A stretch of DNA of 64,000 nt from Heterodontus francisci (taxonomy: Eukaryota): the NCBI RefSeq assembly GCF_036365525.1, contig NC_090399.1, positions 46,408,430 through 46,472,429 of the forward strand, given 5' to 3'. Within the stretch, counting starts at the first letter, position 1. Every line of letters begins with the position of its first letter. Shown here piece by piece: positions 37,001 through 48,779 of the stretch. The notes beneath the pieces are model-generated. The model was not told the DNA's origin, made no database searches, and was given only the letters and a program-made list of their open reading frames with translations. Both the position numbers and the translations under genes were made by a program.

Positions 37001-38450
37001 TGTTCCCCAGTGTGAGTGAGTCGGATCCTGTTCCCCAGTGTGAGAGAGTCAGGGTCTGTTCCTCATTGTGAGTGAGTCGGGGTCTGTTCCCCAGTGTGAG
37101 TGAATCGGGGTCTGTTGTTCAGTGTGAGTGAGTCGGGGTCTGTTCCCCAGTGTGTGAGTCGGGGCCTGTTCCCCAGTGTGAGTGAGTTGGGGTCTGTTCC
37201 CCAGTGTGAGTGAGTCGGGGTCTGTTCACCAGTGTGAGTGAGTCGGGGTCTGTTCCCCAGTGTGAGTGAGTCGGACCCTGTTCCCCAGTTTGGGCGAGTT
37301 GGGGTCTGTTCCCCAGTGTGAGTGAGTCGGGCTCTGTTCCCCAGTGTGAGTGAGTCGGACCCTGTTCCCCAGTTTGGGCGAGTTGGGGTCTGTTCCCCAG
37401 TGTGAGTGAGTCGGGGTCCGTTCCCCAGTGCGAGTTAGTCGCGACCCGTTCCCCAGCGTGTGTGTGTCGGGGTCGGTTCCCCAGTGTGAGTGAGTCGGTG
37501 TCTATTCCCCAATGTGAGTGAGTCAGATCCTTGAATCCAGTGTGAGTGAGTCCGGTTCTGTTCCCCAGAGTGATTTCGTCGGCGTCTTTTTGGTGGTGTG
37601 AGTGAGTCGGTGTCTGTTCCCCAGTGTGAGTGAGTCGGATCCTGTTCCCCAGTGTGAGAGAGTCAGGGTCTGTTCCTCATTGTGAGTGAGTCGGGGTCTG
37701 TTCCCCAGTGTGAGTGAATCGGGGTCTGTTGTTCAGTGTGAGTGAGTCGGGGTCTGTTCCCCAGTGTGTGAGTCGGGGCCTGTTCCCCAGTGTGAGTGAG
37801 TTGGGGTCTGTTCCCCAGTGTGAGTGAGTCGGGGTCTGTTCACCAGTGTGAGTGAGTCGGGGTCTGTTCCCCAGTGTGAGTGAGTCGGACCCTGTTCCCC
37901 AGTTTGGGCGAGTTGGGGTCTGTTCCCCAGTGTGAGTGAGTCGGGGTCCGTTCCCCAGTGCGAGTTAGTCGCGACCCGTTCCCCAGCTTGTGTGTGTCGG
38001 GGTCGGTTCCCCAGTGTGAGTGAGTCGGTGTCTATTCCCCAATGTGAGTGAGTCAGATCCTTGAATCCAGTGTGAGTGAGTCCGGTTCTGTTCCCCAGAG
38101 TGATTTCGTCGGCGTCTTTTTGGTGGTGTGAGTGAGTCGGTGTCTGTTCCCCAGTGTGAGTGAGTCGGATCCTGTTCCCCAGTGTGAGAGAGTCAGGGTC
38201 TGTTCCTCATTGTGAGTGAGTCGGGGTCTGTTCCCCAGTGTGAGTGAATCGGGGTCTGTTGTTCAGTGTGAGTGAGTCGGGGTCTGTTCCCCAGTGTGTG
38301 AGTCGGGGCCTGTTCCCCAGTGTGAGTGAGTTGGGGTCTGTTCCCCAGTGTGAGTGAGTCGGGGTCTGTTCACCAGTGTGAGTGAGTCGGGGTCTGTTCC
38401 CCAGTGTGTGAGTCGGACCCTGTTCCCCAGTTTGGGCGAGTTGGGGTCTG
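34080..38450. repeat. 530-bp higher-order repeat (19 monomers: 18x28 + 1x26), about 8 copies
   Basis: The marker TTCGTCGGCGTCTTTTTGG occurs at 34255, 34841, 35371, 35901, 36431, 36961, 37575 and 38105, giving spacings of 586, 530, 530, 530, 530, 614 and 530. Confidence 0.93.
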
Positions 38451-41400
38451 TTCCCCAGTGTGAGTGAGTCGCGGTCTGTTCCCCAGTGTGAGTGAGTTGG
38501 GGTCTGTTCCCCAGTGTGAGTGAGTCGTGGCCAGTTCCCCAGTGTCAGTGAGTTGGGGTCTGTTCCCCAGTGTGAGTGAGTCGGGGTCTGTTCCCCAGTG
38601 TCAGTGAGTTGGGGTCTGTTCCTCAGTGTGAGTGAGTCGGGGTCTGTTCCCCAGTGTGAGTGAGGCGCGGTCTGTTCCCCAGTGTGAGTGAGTCGGATCC
38701 TGTTCCCCAGTGTGAGAGAGTCAGGGTCTGTTCCTCATTGTGAGTCAGTCGGGGTCTGTTCCCCAGTGTGAGTGAGTCGGGGTCTGTTCCCCAGTGTGAG
38801 TGAGTCGGGGTCTGTTCCCCAGTGTGTGAGTCGGGGCCAGTTCCCCAGTGTGAGTGAGTCGGGGTCTGTTCCCCAGTGTGAGTGACTCGGGGTCTGTTCC
38901 CCAGTGTGAGTGTGTCGGGGTCTATTCCCCAGTGTGAGTGAGTCAGATCCTGTTCCCCAGTGTGAGTGAGTCGGGGTCTGTTCCCCAGTGTGTGAGTCGG
39001 GGCCAGTTCCCCAGTGTGAGTGAGTCGGGGCCAGTTCCCCAGTGTGAGTGAGTCGGGGTCTGTTCCCCAATGTGAGTGAGTCGGGGTCTGTTCCTCAGTG
39101 TGAGTGACTCGGATCCTGTTCCCCAATGTGAGTGAATCGGGGTCTGTTCCCCAGTCTGAGTGAGTCGGGGCCTGTTCCTCAATGTGCGTGAGTCGGATCC
39201 AAGACTCCAGTGTCAGTGAGTTGGGGTCTGTTCCCCAGTGTGAGTGAGTCGGGGCCAGTTCCCCAGTGTGAGTGAGTCGGGGTCTGTTCCCCAGTGTGAG
39301 TGACTCGGGGTCTGTTCCCCAGTGTGAGTGTGTCGGGGTCTATTCCCCAGTGTGAGTGAGTCAGATCCTGTTCCCCAGTGTGAGTGAGTCGGGGTCTGTT
39401 CCCCAGTGTGAGTGAGTCGGGGCCAGTTCCCCAGTGTGAGTGAGTCGGGGTCTGTTCCCCAGTGTGAGTGAGTCGGGGTCTGTTCCCCAGTGTGAGTGAG
39501 TCGGGGCCAGTTCCCCAGTGTGAGTGAGTCGGGGTCTGTTCCCCAATGTGAGTGAGTCGGGGTCTGTTCCCCAGTGTGAGTGAGTCGGGTTTCTTCCCCT
39601 GTGTGAGTGAGTGGGATCCTGTTCCCCAGTGTGAGTGAGTCGGGGTCTGTTCCTCAGTGTGAGTGAGTCGGATCCTTGTCCCCAGTGTGAGTGAGAAGGG
39701 GTCTGTTCCCCAGTGTGTGAGTCGGGGCCTGTTCCCCAGTGTGAATGAGTTGGGGTCTGTTCCCCAGTGTGAGTGAATTGGGGCCTGTTCCCCAGTGTGA
39801 GTGAGTCGGGTTCTGTTCCCCAGTGTGCGTGACTCGGGGTCCGTTCCCCAGTGCGAGTTAGTCGCGACCCGTTCCCCAGCGTGTGTGTGTCGGGGTCGGT
39901 TCCCCAGTGTGAGTGAGTCGGTGTCTATTCCCCAATGTGAGTGAGTCAGATCCTTGAATCCAGTGTGAGTGAGTCCGGTTCTGTTCCCCAGAGTGATTTC
40001 GTCGGCGTCTTTTTGGTGGTGTGAGTGAGTCGGTGTCTGTTCCCCAGTGTGAGTGAGTCGGGGTCTGTTCCCCAGTGTGAGTGAGTCGGTGTCTGTTCCC
40101 CAGTGTGAGTGAGTCGGATCCAGTTCCCCAGTGTGAGTGAGTCGGGGTCTGTTCCCCAGTGTGAGTGAGTCGGGGTCTGTTCCCCAGTGTGTGTGAGTCG
40201 CGGTCTGTTCCCCAGTGTGAGTGAGTCGGGGTCTGTTCACCAGTGTGAGTGAGTCGGGGTCTGTTCCCCAGTGTGAGTGAGTCGGACCCTGTTCCCCAGT
40301 TTGGGCGAGTTGGGGTCTGTTCCCCAGTGTGAGTGAGTCGGGGCCAGTTCCCCAGTGTGAGTGAGTCGGGGCCTGTTCCCCAGTGTGAGTGAGTCGGGGC
40401 CTGTTCCTCAGTGTGAGTGAGTCGGGACCAGTTCCCCAGTGTGAGTGAGTTGGGGTCTGTTCCCCAGTGTGAGTGAGTCGGACCCTGTTCCCCATTGTGA
40501 GTGAGTTGGGGTCTGTTCCCCAGTGTGAGTGAATCGGGGTCTGTTGTTCAGTGTGAGTGAGTCGGGGTCTGTTCCCCAGTGTGTGAGTCGGGGCCTGTTC
40601 CCCAGTGTGAGTGAGTTGGGGTCTGTTCCCCAGTGTGAGTGAGTCGGATCCTGTTCCCCAGTGTGAGTGAGTCGGGGTCTGTTCCCCAGTGTGAGTGAGT
40701 CGGATCCTGTTCCCCAGTGTCAGTGAGTTGGGGTCTGTTCCCCAGTGTGAGTGAGTTGGGGTCTGTTCCCCAGTGTGAGTGAGTTGGGGTCTCTTCCCCA
40801 GTGTGAGTGAGTCGGGGTCTGTTCCCCAGTGTCAGTGAGTCGGGGTCTGTTCCCCAGTGTCAGTGAGTCGGGGTCTGTTCCCCTGTGTGAGTGAGTCGGA
40901 CCCTGTTCCCCAGTTTGGGCAAGTTGGGATCTGTTCCCCAGTGTGAGTGAGTTGGGGTCTGTTCCCCAGTGTGAGTGAGTCGGGGTCTGTTCCCCAGTGA
41001 GAGTGAGTCGGGATTTGTTCCCCAGTGTGAGTGAGTCGGGGCCAGTTCCCCAGTGTGAGTGAGTCGGGGCCTGTTCCCCAGTGTGAGTGAGTCGGGGCCT
41101 GTTCCTCAGTGTGAGTGAGTCGGGACCAGTTCCCCAGTGTGAGTGAGTTGGGGTCTGTTCCCCAGTGTGAGTGAGTCGGGGCCTGTTCCTCAGTATGAGT
41201 GAGTCGGGGTCTGTTCCCCAGTGTGCGTGTGTCTGGACCAGTTCCCCAGTGTGAGTGAGTTGGGGTCTGTTCCCCAGTGTGAGTGAGTTGGGGTCTGTTC
41301 CCCAGTGTGTGTGAGTCGGGGTCTGTTCCCCTATGTCAGTGAGTTGGGGTCTGTTCCCCAGTGTGAGTGAGTTGGGGTCTGTTCCCCAGTGTGAGTGAGT

Positions 41401-43087
41401 CATGGCCAGTTCCCCAGTGTCAGTGAGTTGGGGTCTGTTCCCCAGTGTGAGTGAGTTGGGGTCTGTTCCCCAGTGTGAGTGAGTCGGGGTCTGTTCCCCA
41501 GTGTCAGTGAGTTGGGGCCTGTTCCTCAGTGTGAGTGAGTCGGGGTCTGTTCCCCAGTGTGAGTGAGTCGGATCCTGTTCCCCAGTGTGAGAGAGTCAGG
41601 GTCTGTTCCTCATTGTGAGTGAGTCGGGGTCTGTTCCCCAGTGTGAGTGAATCGGGGTCTGTTGTTCAGTGTGAGTGAGTCGGGGTCTGTTCCCCAGTGT
41701 GTGAGTCGGGGCCTGTTCCCCAGTGTGAGTGAGTTGGGGTCTGTTCCCCAGTGTGAGTGAGTCGGGGTCTGTTCACCAGTGTGAGTGAGTCGGGGTCTGT
41801 TCCCCAGTGTGAGTGAGTCGGACCCTGTTCCCCAGTTTGGGCGAGTTGGGGTCTGTTCCCCAGTGTGAGTGAGTCGGGGTCCGTTCCCCAGTGCGAGTTA
41901 GTCGCGACCCGTTCCCCAGCGTGTGTGTGTCGGGGTCGGTTCCCCAGTGTGAGTGAGTCGGTGTCTATTCCCCAATGTGAGTGAGTCAGATCCTTGAATC
42001 CAGTGTGAGTGAGTCCGGTTCTGTTCCCCAGAGTGATTTCGTCGGCGTCTTTTTGGTGGTGTGAGTGAGTCGGTGTCTGTTCCCCAGTGTGTGAGTCGGG
42101 GTCTGTTCCCCAGTGGGAGTGAGTCGGTGTCTGTTCCTCATTGTGAGTGAGTCGGGGTCTGTTCCCCAGTGTGAGTGAATCGGGGTCTGTTGTTCAGTGT
42201 GAGTGAGTCGGGGTCTGTTCCCCAGTGTGTGAGTCGGGGCCTGTTCCCCAGTGTGAGTGAGTCGGGGTCTGTTCCCCAGTTTGAGTGAGTCGGGGCCAGT
42301 TCCCCAGTGAGAGTGAGTCGGGGTCTGTTCCCCAATGTGAGTGAGTCGGGGTCTGTTCCTCAGTGTGAGTGACTCGGATCCTGTTCCCCAATGTGAGTGA
42401 ATCGGGGTCTGTTCCCCAGTGTGAGTGAGTCGGGGCCTGTTCCTCAATGTGCGTGAGTCGGATCCAAGACTCCAGTGTCAGTGAGTTGGGGTCTGTTCCC
42501 CAGTGTGAGTGAGTCGGGGCCAGTTCCCCAGTGTGAGTGAGTCGGGGTCTGTTCCCCAGTGTGAGTGACTCGGGGTCTGTTCCCCAGTGTGAGTGTGTCG
42601 GGGTCTATTCCCCAGTGTGAGTGAGTCAGATCCTGTTCCCCAGTGTGAGTGAGTCGGGGTCTGTTCCCCAGTGTGAGTGAGTCGGGGCCAGTTCCCCAGT
42701 GTGAGTGAGTCGGGGTCTGTTCCCCAGTGTGAGTGAGTCGGGGTCTGTTCCCCAGTGTGAGTGAGTCGGGGCCAGTTCACCAGTGTGAGTGAGTCGGGGT
42801 CTGTTCCCCAATGTGAGTGAGTCGGGGTCTGTTCCCCAGTGTGAGTGAGTCGGGTCTCTTCCCCAGTGTGAGTGAGTGGGATCCTGTTCCCCAGTGTGAG
42901 TGAGTCGGGGTCTGTTCCTCAGTGTGAGTGAGTCGGATCCTTGTCCCCAGTGTGAGTGAGTCGGGGTCTGTTCCCCAGTGTGTGAGTCGGGGCCTGTTCC
43001 CCAGTGTGAATGAGTTGGGGTCTGTTCCCCAGTGTGAGTGAATTGGGGCCTGTTCCCCAGTGTGAGTGAGTCGGGTTCTGTTCCCCA

Positions 43088-46000
43088 GTGTGCGTGAGTC
43101 GGGGTCCGTTCCCCAGTGCGAGTTAGTCGCGACCCGTTCCCCAGCGTGTGTGTGTCGGGGTCGGTTCCCCAGTGTGAGTGAGTCGGTGTCTATTCCCCAA
43201 TGTGAGTGAGTCAGATCCTTGAATCCAGTGTGAGTGAGTCCGGTTCTGTTCCCCAGAGTGATTTCGTCGGCGTCTTTTTGGTGGTGTGAGTGAGTCGGTG
43301 TCTGTTCCCCAGTGTGAGTGAGTCGGGGTCTGTTCCCCAGTGTGAGTGAGTCGGTGTCTGTTCCCCAGTGTGAGTGAGTCGGATCCTGTTCCCCAGTGTG
43401 AGAGAGTCAGGGTCTGTTCCTCATTGTGAGTGAGTCGGGGTCTGTTCCCCAGTGTGAGTGAATCGGGGTCTGTTGTTCAGTGTGAGTGAGTCGGGGACTG
43501 TTCCCCAGTGTGTGAGTCGGGGCCTGTTCCCCAGTGTGAGTGAGTTGGGGTCTGTTCCCCAGTGTGAGTGAGTCGGGGTCTGTTCACCAGTGTGAGTGAG
43601 TCGGGGTCTGTTTCCCAGTGTGAGTGAGTCGGACCCTGTTCCCCAGTTTGGGCGAGTTGGGGTCTGTTCCCCAGTGTGAGTGAGTCGGGGTCCGTTCCCC
43701 AGTGCGAGTTAGTCGCGACCCGTTCCCCAGCGTGTGTGTGTCGGGGTCGGTTCCCCAGTGTGAGTGAGTCGGTGTCTATTCCCCAATGTGAGTGAGTCAG
43801 ATCCTTGAATCCAGTGTGAGTGAGTCCGGTTCTGTTCCCCAGAGTGATTTCGTCGGCGTCTTTTTGGTGGTGTGAGTGAGTCGGTGTCTGTTCCCCAGTG
43901 TGAGTGAGTCGGATCCTGTTCCCCAGTGTGAGAGAGTCAGGGTCTGTTCCTCATTGTGAGTGAGTCGGGGTCTGTTCCCCAGTGTGAGTGAATCGGGGTC
44001 TGTTGTTCAGTGTGAGTGAGTCGGGGTCTGTTCCCCAGTGTGTGAGTCGGGGCCTGTTCCCCAGTGTGAGTGAGTTGGGGTCTGTTCCCCAGTGTGAGTG
44101 AGTCGGGGTCTGTTCACCAGTGTGAGTGAGTCGGGGTCTGTTCACCAGTGTGAGTGAGTCGGGGTCTGTTCCCCAGTGTGAGTGAGTCGGACCCTGTTCC
44201 CCAGTTTGGGCGAGTTGGGGTCTGTTCCCCAGTGTGAGTGAGTCGGGGTCCGTTCCCCAGTGCGAGTTAGTCGCGACCCGTTCCCCAGCGTGTGTGTGTC
44301 GGGGTCGGTTCCCCAGTGTGAGTGAGTCGGTGTCTATTCCCCAATGTGAGTGAGTCAGATCCTTGAATCCAGTGTGAGTGAGTCCGGTTCTGTTCCCCAG
44401 AGTGATTTCGTCGGCGTCTTTTTGGTGGTGTGAGTGAGTCGGTGTCTGTTCCCCAGTGTGAGTGAGTCGGATCCTGTTCCCCAGTGTGAGAGAGTCAGGG
44501 TCTGTTCCTCATTGTGAGTGAGTCGGGGTCTGTTCCCCAGTGTGAGTGAATCGGGGTCTGTTGTTCAGTGTGAGTGAGTCGGGGTCTGTTCCCCAGTGTG
44601 TGAGTCGGGGCCTGTTCCCCAGTGTGAGTGAGTTGGGGTCTGTTCCCCAGTGTGAGTGAGTCGGGGTCTGTTCACCAGTGTGAGTGAGTCGGGGTCTGTT
44701 CCCCAGTGTGAGTGAGTCGGACCCTGTTCCCCAGTTTGGGCGAGTTGGGGTCTGTTCCCCAGTGTGAGTGAGTCGGGGTCCGTTCCCCAGTGCGAGTTAG
44801 TCGCGACCCGTTCCCCAGCGTGTGTGTGTCGGGGTCGGTTCCCCAGTGTGAGTGAGTCGGTGTCTATTCCCCAATGTGAGTGAGTCAGATCCTTGAATCC
44901 AGTGTGAGTGAGTCCGGTTCTGTTCCCCAGAGTGATTTCGTCGGCGTCTTTTTGGTGGTGTGAGTGAGTCGGTGTCTGTTCCCCAGTGTGAGTGAGTCGG
45001 ATCCTGTTCCCCAGTGTGAGAGAGTCAGGGTCTGTTCCTCATTGTGAGTGAGTCGGGGTCTGTTCCCCAGTGTGAGTGAATCGGGGTCTGTTGTTCAGTG
45101 TGAGTGAGTCGGGGTCTGTTCCCCAGTGTGTGAGTCGGGGCCTGTTCCCCAGTGTGAGTGAGTTGGGGTCTGTTCCCCAGTGTGAGTGAGTCGGGGTCTG
45201 TTCACCAGTGTGAGTGAGTCGGGGTCTGTTCCCCAGTGTGAGTGAGTCGGACCCTGTTCCCCAGTTTGGGCGAGTTGGGGTCTGTTCCCCAGTGTGAGTG
45301 AGTCGGGGTCCGTTCCCCAGTGCGAGTTAGTCGCGACCCGTTCCCCAGCGTGTGTGTGTCGGGGTCGGTTCCCCAGTGTGAGTGAGTCGGTGTCTATTCC
45401 CCAATGTGAGTGAGTCAGATCCTTGAATCCAGTGTGAGTGAGTCCGGTTCTGTTCCCCAGAGTGATTTCGTCGGCGTCTTTTTGGTGGTGTGAGTGAGTC
45501 GGTGTCTGTTCCCCAGTGTGAGTGAGTCGGATCCTGTTCCCCAGTGTGAGAGAGTCAGGGTCTGTTCCTCATTGTGAGTGAGTCGGGGTCTGTTCCCCAG
45601 TGTGAGTGAATCGGGGTCTGTTGTTCAGTGTGAGTGAGTCGGGGTCTGTTCCCCAGTGTGTGAGTCGGGGCCTGTTCCCCAGTGTGAGTGAGTTGGGGTC
45701 TGTTCCCCAGTGTGAGTGAGTCGGGGTCTGTTCACCAGTGTGAGTGAGTCGGGGTCTGTTCCCCAGTGTGAGTGAGTCGGACCCTGTTCCCCAGTTTGGG
45801 CGAGTTGGGGTCTGTTCCCCAGTGTGAGTGAGTCGGGGTCCGTTCCCCAGTGCGAGTTAGTCGCGACCCGTTCCCCAGCGTGTGTGTGTCGGGGTCGGTT
45901 CCCCAGTGTGAGTGAGTCGGTGTCTATTCCCCAATGTGAGTGAGTCAGATCCTTGAATCCAGTGTGAGTGAGTCCGGTTCTGTTCCCCAGAGTGATTTCG

Positions 46001-47486
46001 TCGGCGTCTTTTTGGTGGTGTGAGTGAGTCGGTGTCTGTTCCCCAGTGTGAGTGAGTCGGATCCTGTTCCCCAGTGTGAGAGAGTCAGGGTCTGTTCCTC
46101 ATTGTGAGTGAGTCGGGGTCTGTTCCCCAGTGTGAGTGAATCGGGGTCTGTTGTTCAGTGTGAGTGAGTCGGGGTCTGTTCCCCAGTGTGTGAGTCGGGG
46201 CCTGTTCCCCAGTGTGAGTGAGTTGGGGTCTGTTCCCCAGTGTGAGTGAGTCGGGGTCTGTTCACCAGTGTGAGTGAGTCGGGGTCTGTTCCCCAGTGTG
46301 AGTGAGTCGGACCCTGTTCCCCAGTTTGGGCGAGTTGGGGTCTGTTCCCCAGTGTGAGTGAGTCGGGCTCTGTTCCCCAGTGTGAGTGAGTCGGACCCTG
46401 TTCCCCAGTTTGGGCGAGTTGGGGTCTGTTCCCCAGTGTGAGTGAGTCGGGGTCCGTTCCCCAGTGCGAGTTAGTCGCGACCCGTTCCCCAGCGTGTGTG
46501 TGTCGGGGTCGGTTCCCCAGTGTGAGTGAGTCGGTGTCTATTCCCCAATGTGAGTGAGTCAGATCCTTGAATCCAGTGTGAGTGAGTCCGGTTCTGTTCC
46601 CCAGAGTGATTTCGTCGGCGTCTTTTTGGTGGTGTGAGTGAGTCGGTGTCTGTTCCCCAGTGTGAGTGAGTCGGATCCTGTTCCCCAGTGTGAGAGAGTC
46701 AGGGTCTGTTCCTCATTGTGAGTGAGTCGGGGTCTGTTCCCCAGTGTGAGTGAATCGGGGTCTGTTGTTCAGTGTGAGTGAGTCGGGGTCTGTTCCCCAG
46801 TGTGTGAGTCGGGGCCTGTTCCCCAGTGTGAGTGAGTTGGGGTCTGTTCCCCAGTGTGAGTGAGTCGGGGTCTGTTCACCAGTGTGAGTGAGTCGGGGTC
46901 TGTTCCCCAGTGTGAGTGAGTCGGACCCTGTTCCCCAGTTTGGGCGAGTTGGGGTCTGTTCCCCAGTGTGAGTGAGTCGGGGTCCGTTCCCCAGTGCGAG
47001 TTAGTCGCGACCCGTTCCCCAGCTTGTGTGTGTCGGGGTCGGTTCCCCAGTGTGAGTGAGTCGGTGTCTATTCCCCAATGTGAGTGAGTCAGATCCTTGA
47101 ATCCAGTGTGAGTGAGTCCGGTTCTGTTCCCCAGAGTGATTTCGTCGGCGTCTTTTTGGTGGTGTGAGTGAGTCGGTGTCTGTTCCCCAGTGTGAGTGAG
47201 TCGGATCCTGTTCCCCAGTGTGAGAGAGTCAGGGTCTGTTCCTCATTGTGAGTGAGTCGGGGTCTGTTCCCCAGTGTGAGTGAATCGGGGTCTGTTGTTC
47301 AGTGTGAGTGAGTCGGGGTCTGTTCCCCAGTGTGTGAGTCGGGGCCTGTTCCCCAGTGTGAGTGAGTTGGGGTCTGTTCCCCAGTGTGAGTGAGTCGGGG
47401 TCTGTTCACCAGTGTGAGTGAGTCGGGGTCTGTTCCCCAGTGTGTGAGTCGGACCCTGTTCCCCAGTTTGGGCGAGTTGGGGTCTG
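43088..47486. repeat. Second block of the 530-bp 19-mer higher-order repeat, about 8 copies
   Basis: The same marker occurs at 43263, 43849, 44407, 44937, 45467, 45997, 46611 and 47141. Confidence 0.93.
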
Positions 47487-48779
47487 TTCCCCAGTGTGAG
47501 TGAGTCGCGGTCTGTTCCCCAGTGTGAGTGAGTTGGGGTCTGTTCCCCAGTGTGAGTGAGTCGTGGCCAGTTCCCCAGTGTCAGTGAGTTGGGGTCTGTT
47601 CCCCAGTGTGAGTGAGTCGGGGTCTGTTCCCCAGTGTCAGTGAGTTGGGGTCTGTTCCTCAGTGTGAGTGAGTCGGGGTCTGTTCCCCAGTGTGAGTGAG
47701 GCGCGGTCTGTTCCCCAGTGTGAGTGAGTCGGATCCTGTTCCCCAGTGTGAGAGAGTCAGGGTCTGTTCCTCATTGTGAGTCAGTCGGGGTCTGTTCCCC
47801 AGTGTGAGTGAGTCGGGGTCTGTTCCCCAGTGTGAGTGAGTCGGGGTCTGTTCCCCAGTGTGTGAGTCGGGGCCAGTTCCCCAGTGTGAGTGAGTCGGGG
47901 TCTGTTCCCCAGTGTGAGTGACTCGGGGTCTGTTCCCCAGTGTGAGTGTGTCGGGGTCTATTCCCCAGTGTGAGTGAGTCAGATCCTGTTCCCCAGTGTG
48001 AGTGAGTCGGGGTCTGTTCCCCAGTGTGTGAGTCGGGGCCAGTTCCCCAGTGTGAGTGAGTCGGGGTCTGTTCCCCAGTGTGAGTGAGTCGGGGTCTGTT
48101 CCCCAGTGTGAGTGAGTCGGGGCCAGTTCCCCAGTGTGAGTGAGTCGGGGTCTGTTCCCCAATGTGAGTGAGTCGGGGTCTGTTCCCCAGTGTGAGTGAG
48201 TCGGGTCTCTTCCCCAGTGTGAGTGAGTGGGATCCTGTTCCCCAGTGTGAGTGAGTCGGGGTCTGTTCCTCAGTGTGTGAGTCGGATCCTTGTCCCCAGT
48301 GTGAGTGAGTCGGGGTCTGTTCCCCAGTGTGTGAGTCGGGGCCTGTTCCCCAGTGTGAATGAGTTGGGGTCTGTTCCCCAGTGTGAGTGAATTGGGGCCT
48401 GTTCCCCAGTGTGAGTGAGTCGGGTTCTGTTCCCCAGTGTGCGTGAGTCGGGGTCCGTTCCCCAGTGCGAGTTAGTCGCGACCCGTTCCCCAGCGTGTGT
48501 GTGTCGGGGTCGGTTCCCCAGTGTGAGTGAGTCGGTATCTATTCCCCAATGTGAGTGAGTCAGATCCTTGAATCCAGTGTGAGTGAGTCCGGTTCTGTTC
48601 CCCAGAGTGATTTCGTCGGCGTCTTTTTGGTGGTGTGAGTGAGTCGGTGTCTGTTCCCCAGTGTGAGTGAGTCGGGGTCTGTTCCCCAGTGTGAGTGAGT
48701 CGGTGTCTGTTCCCCAGTGTGAGTGAGTCGGGGTCTGTTCCCCAGTGTGAGTGAGTCGGTGTCTGTTCCCCAGTGTGAG

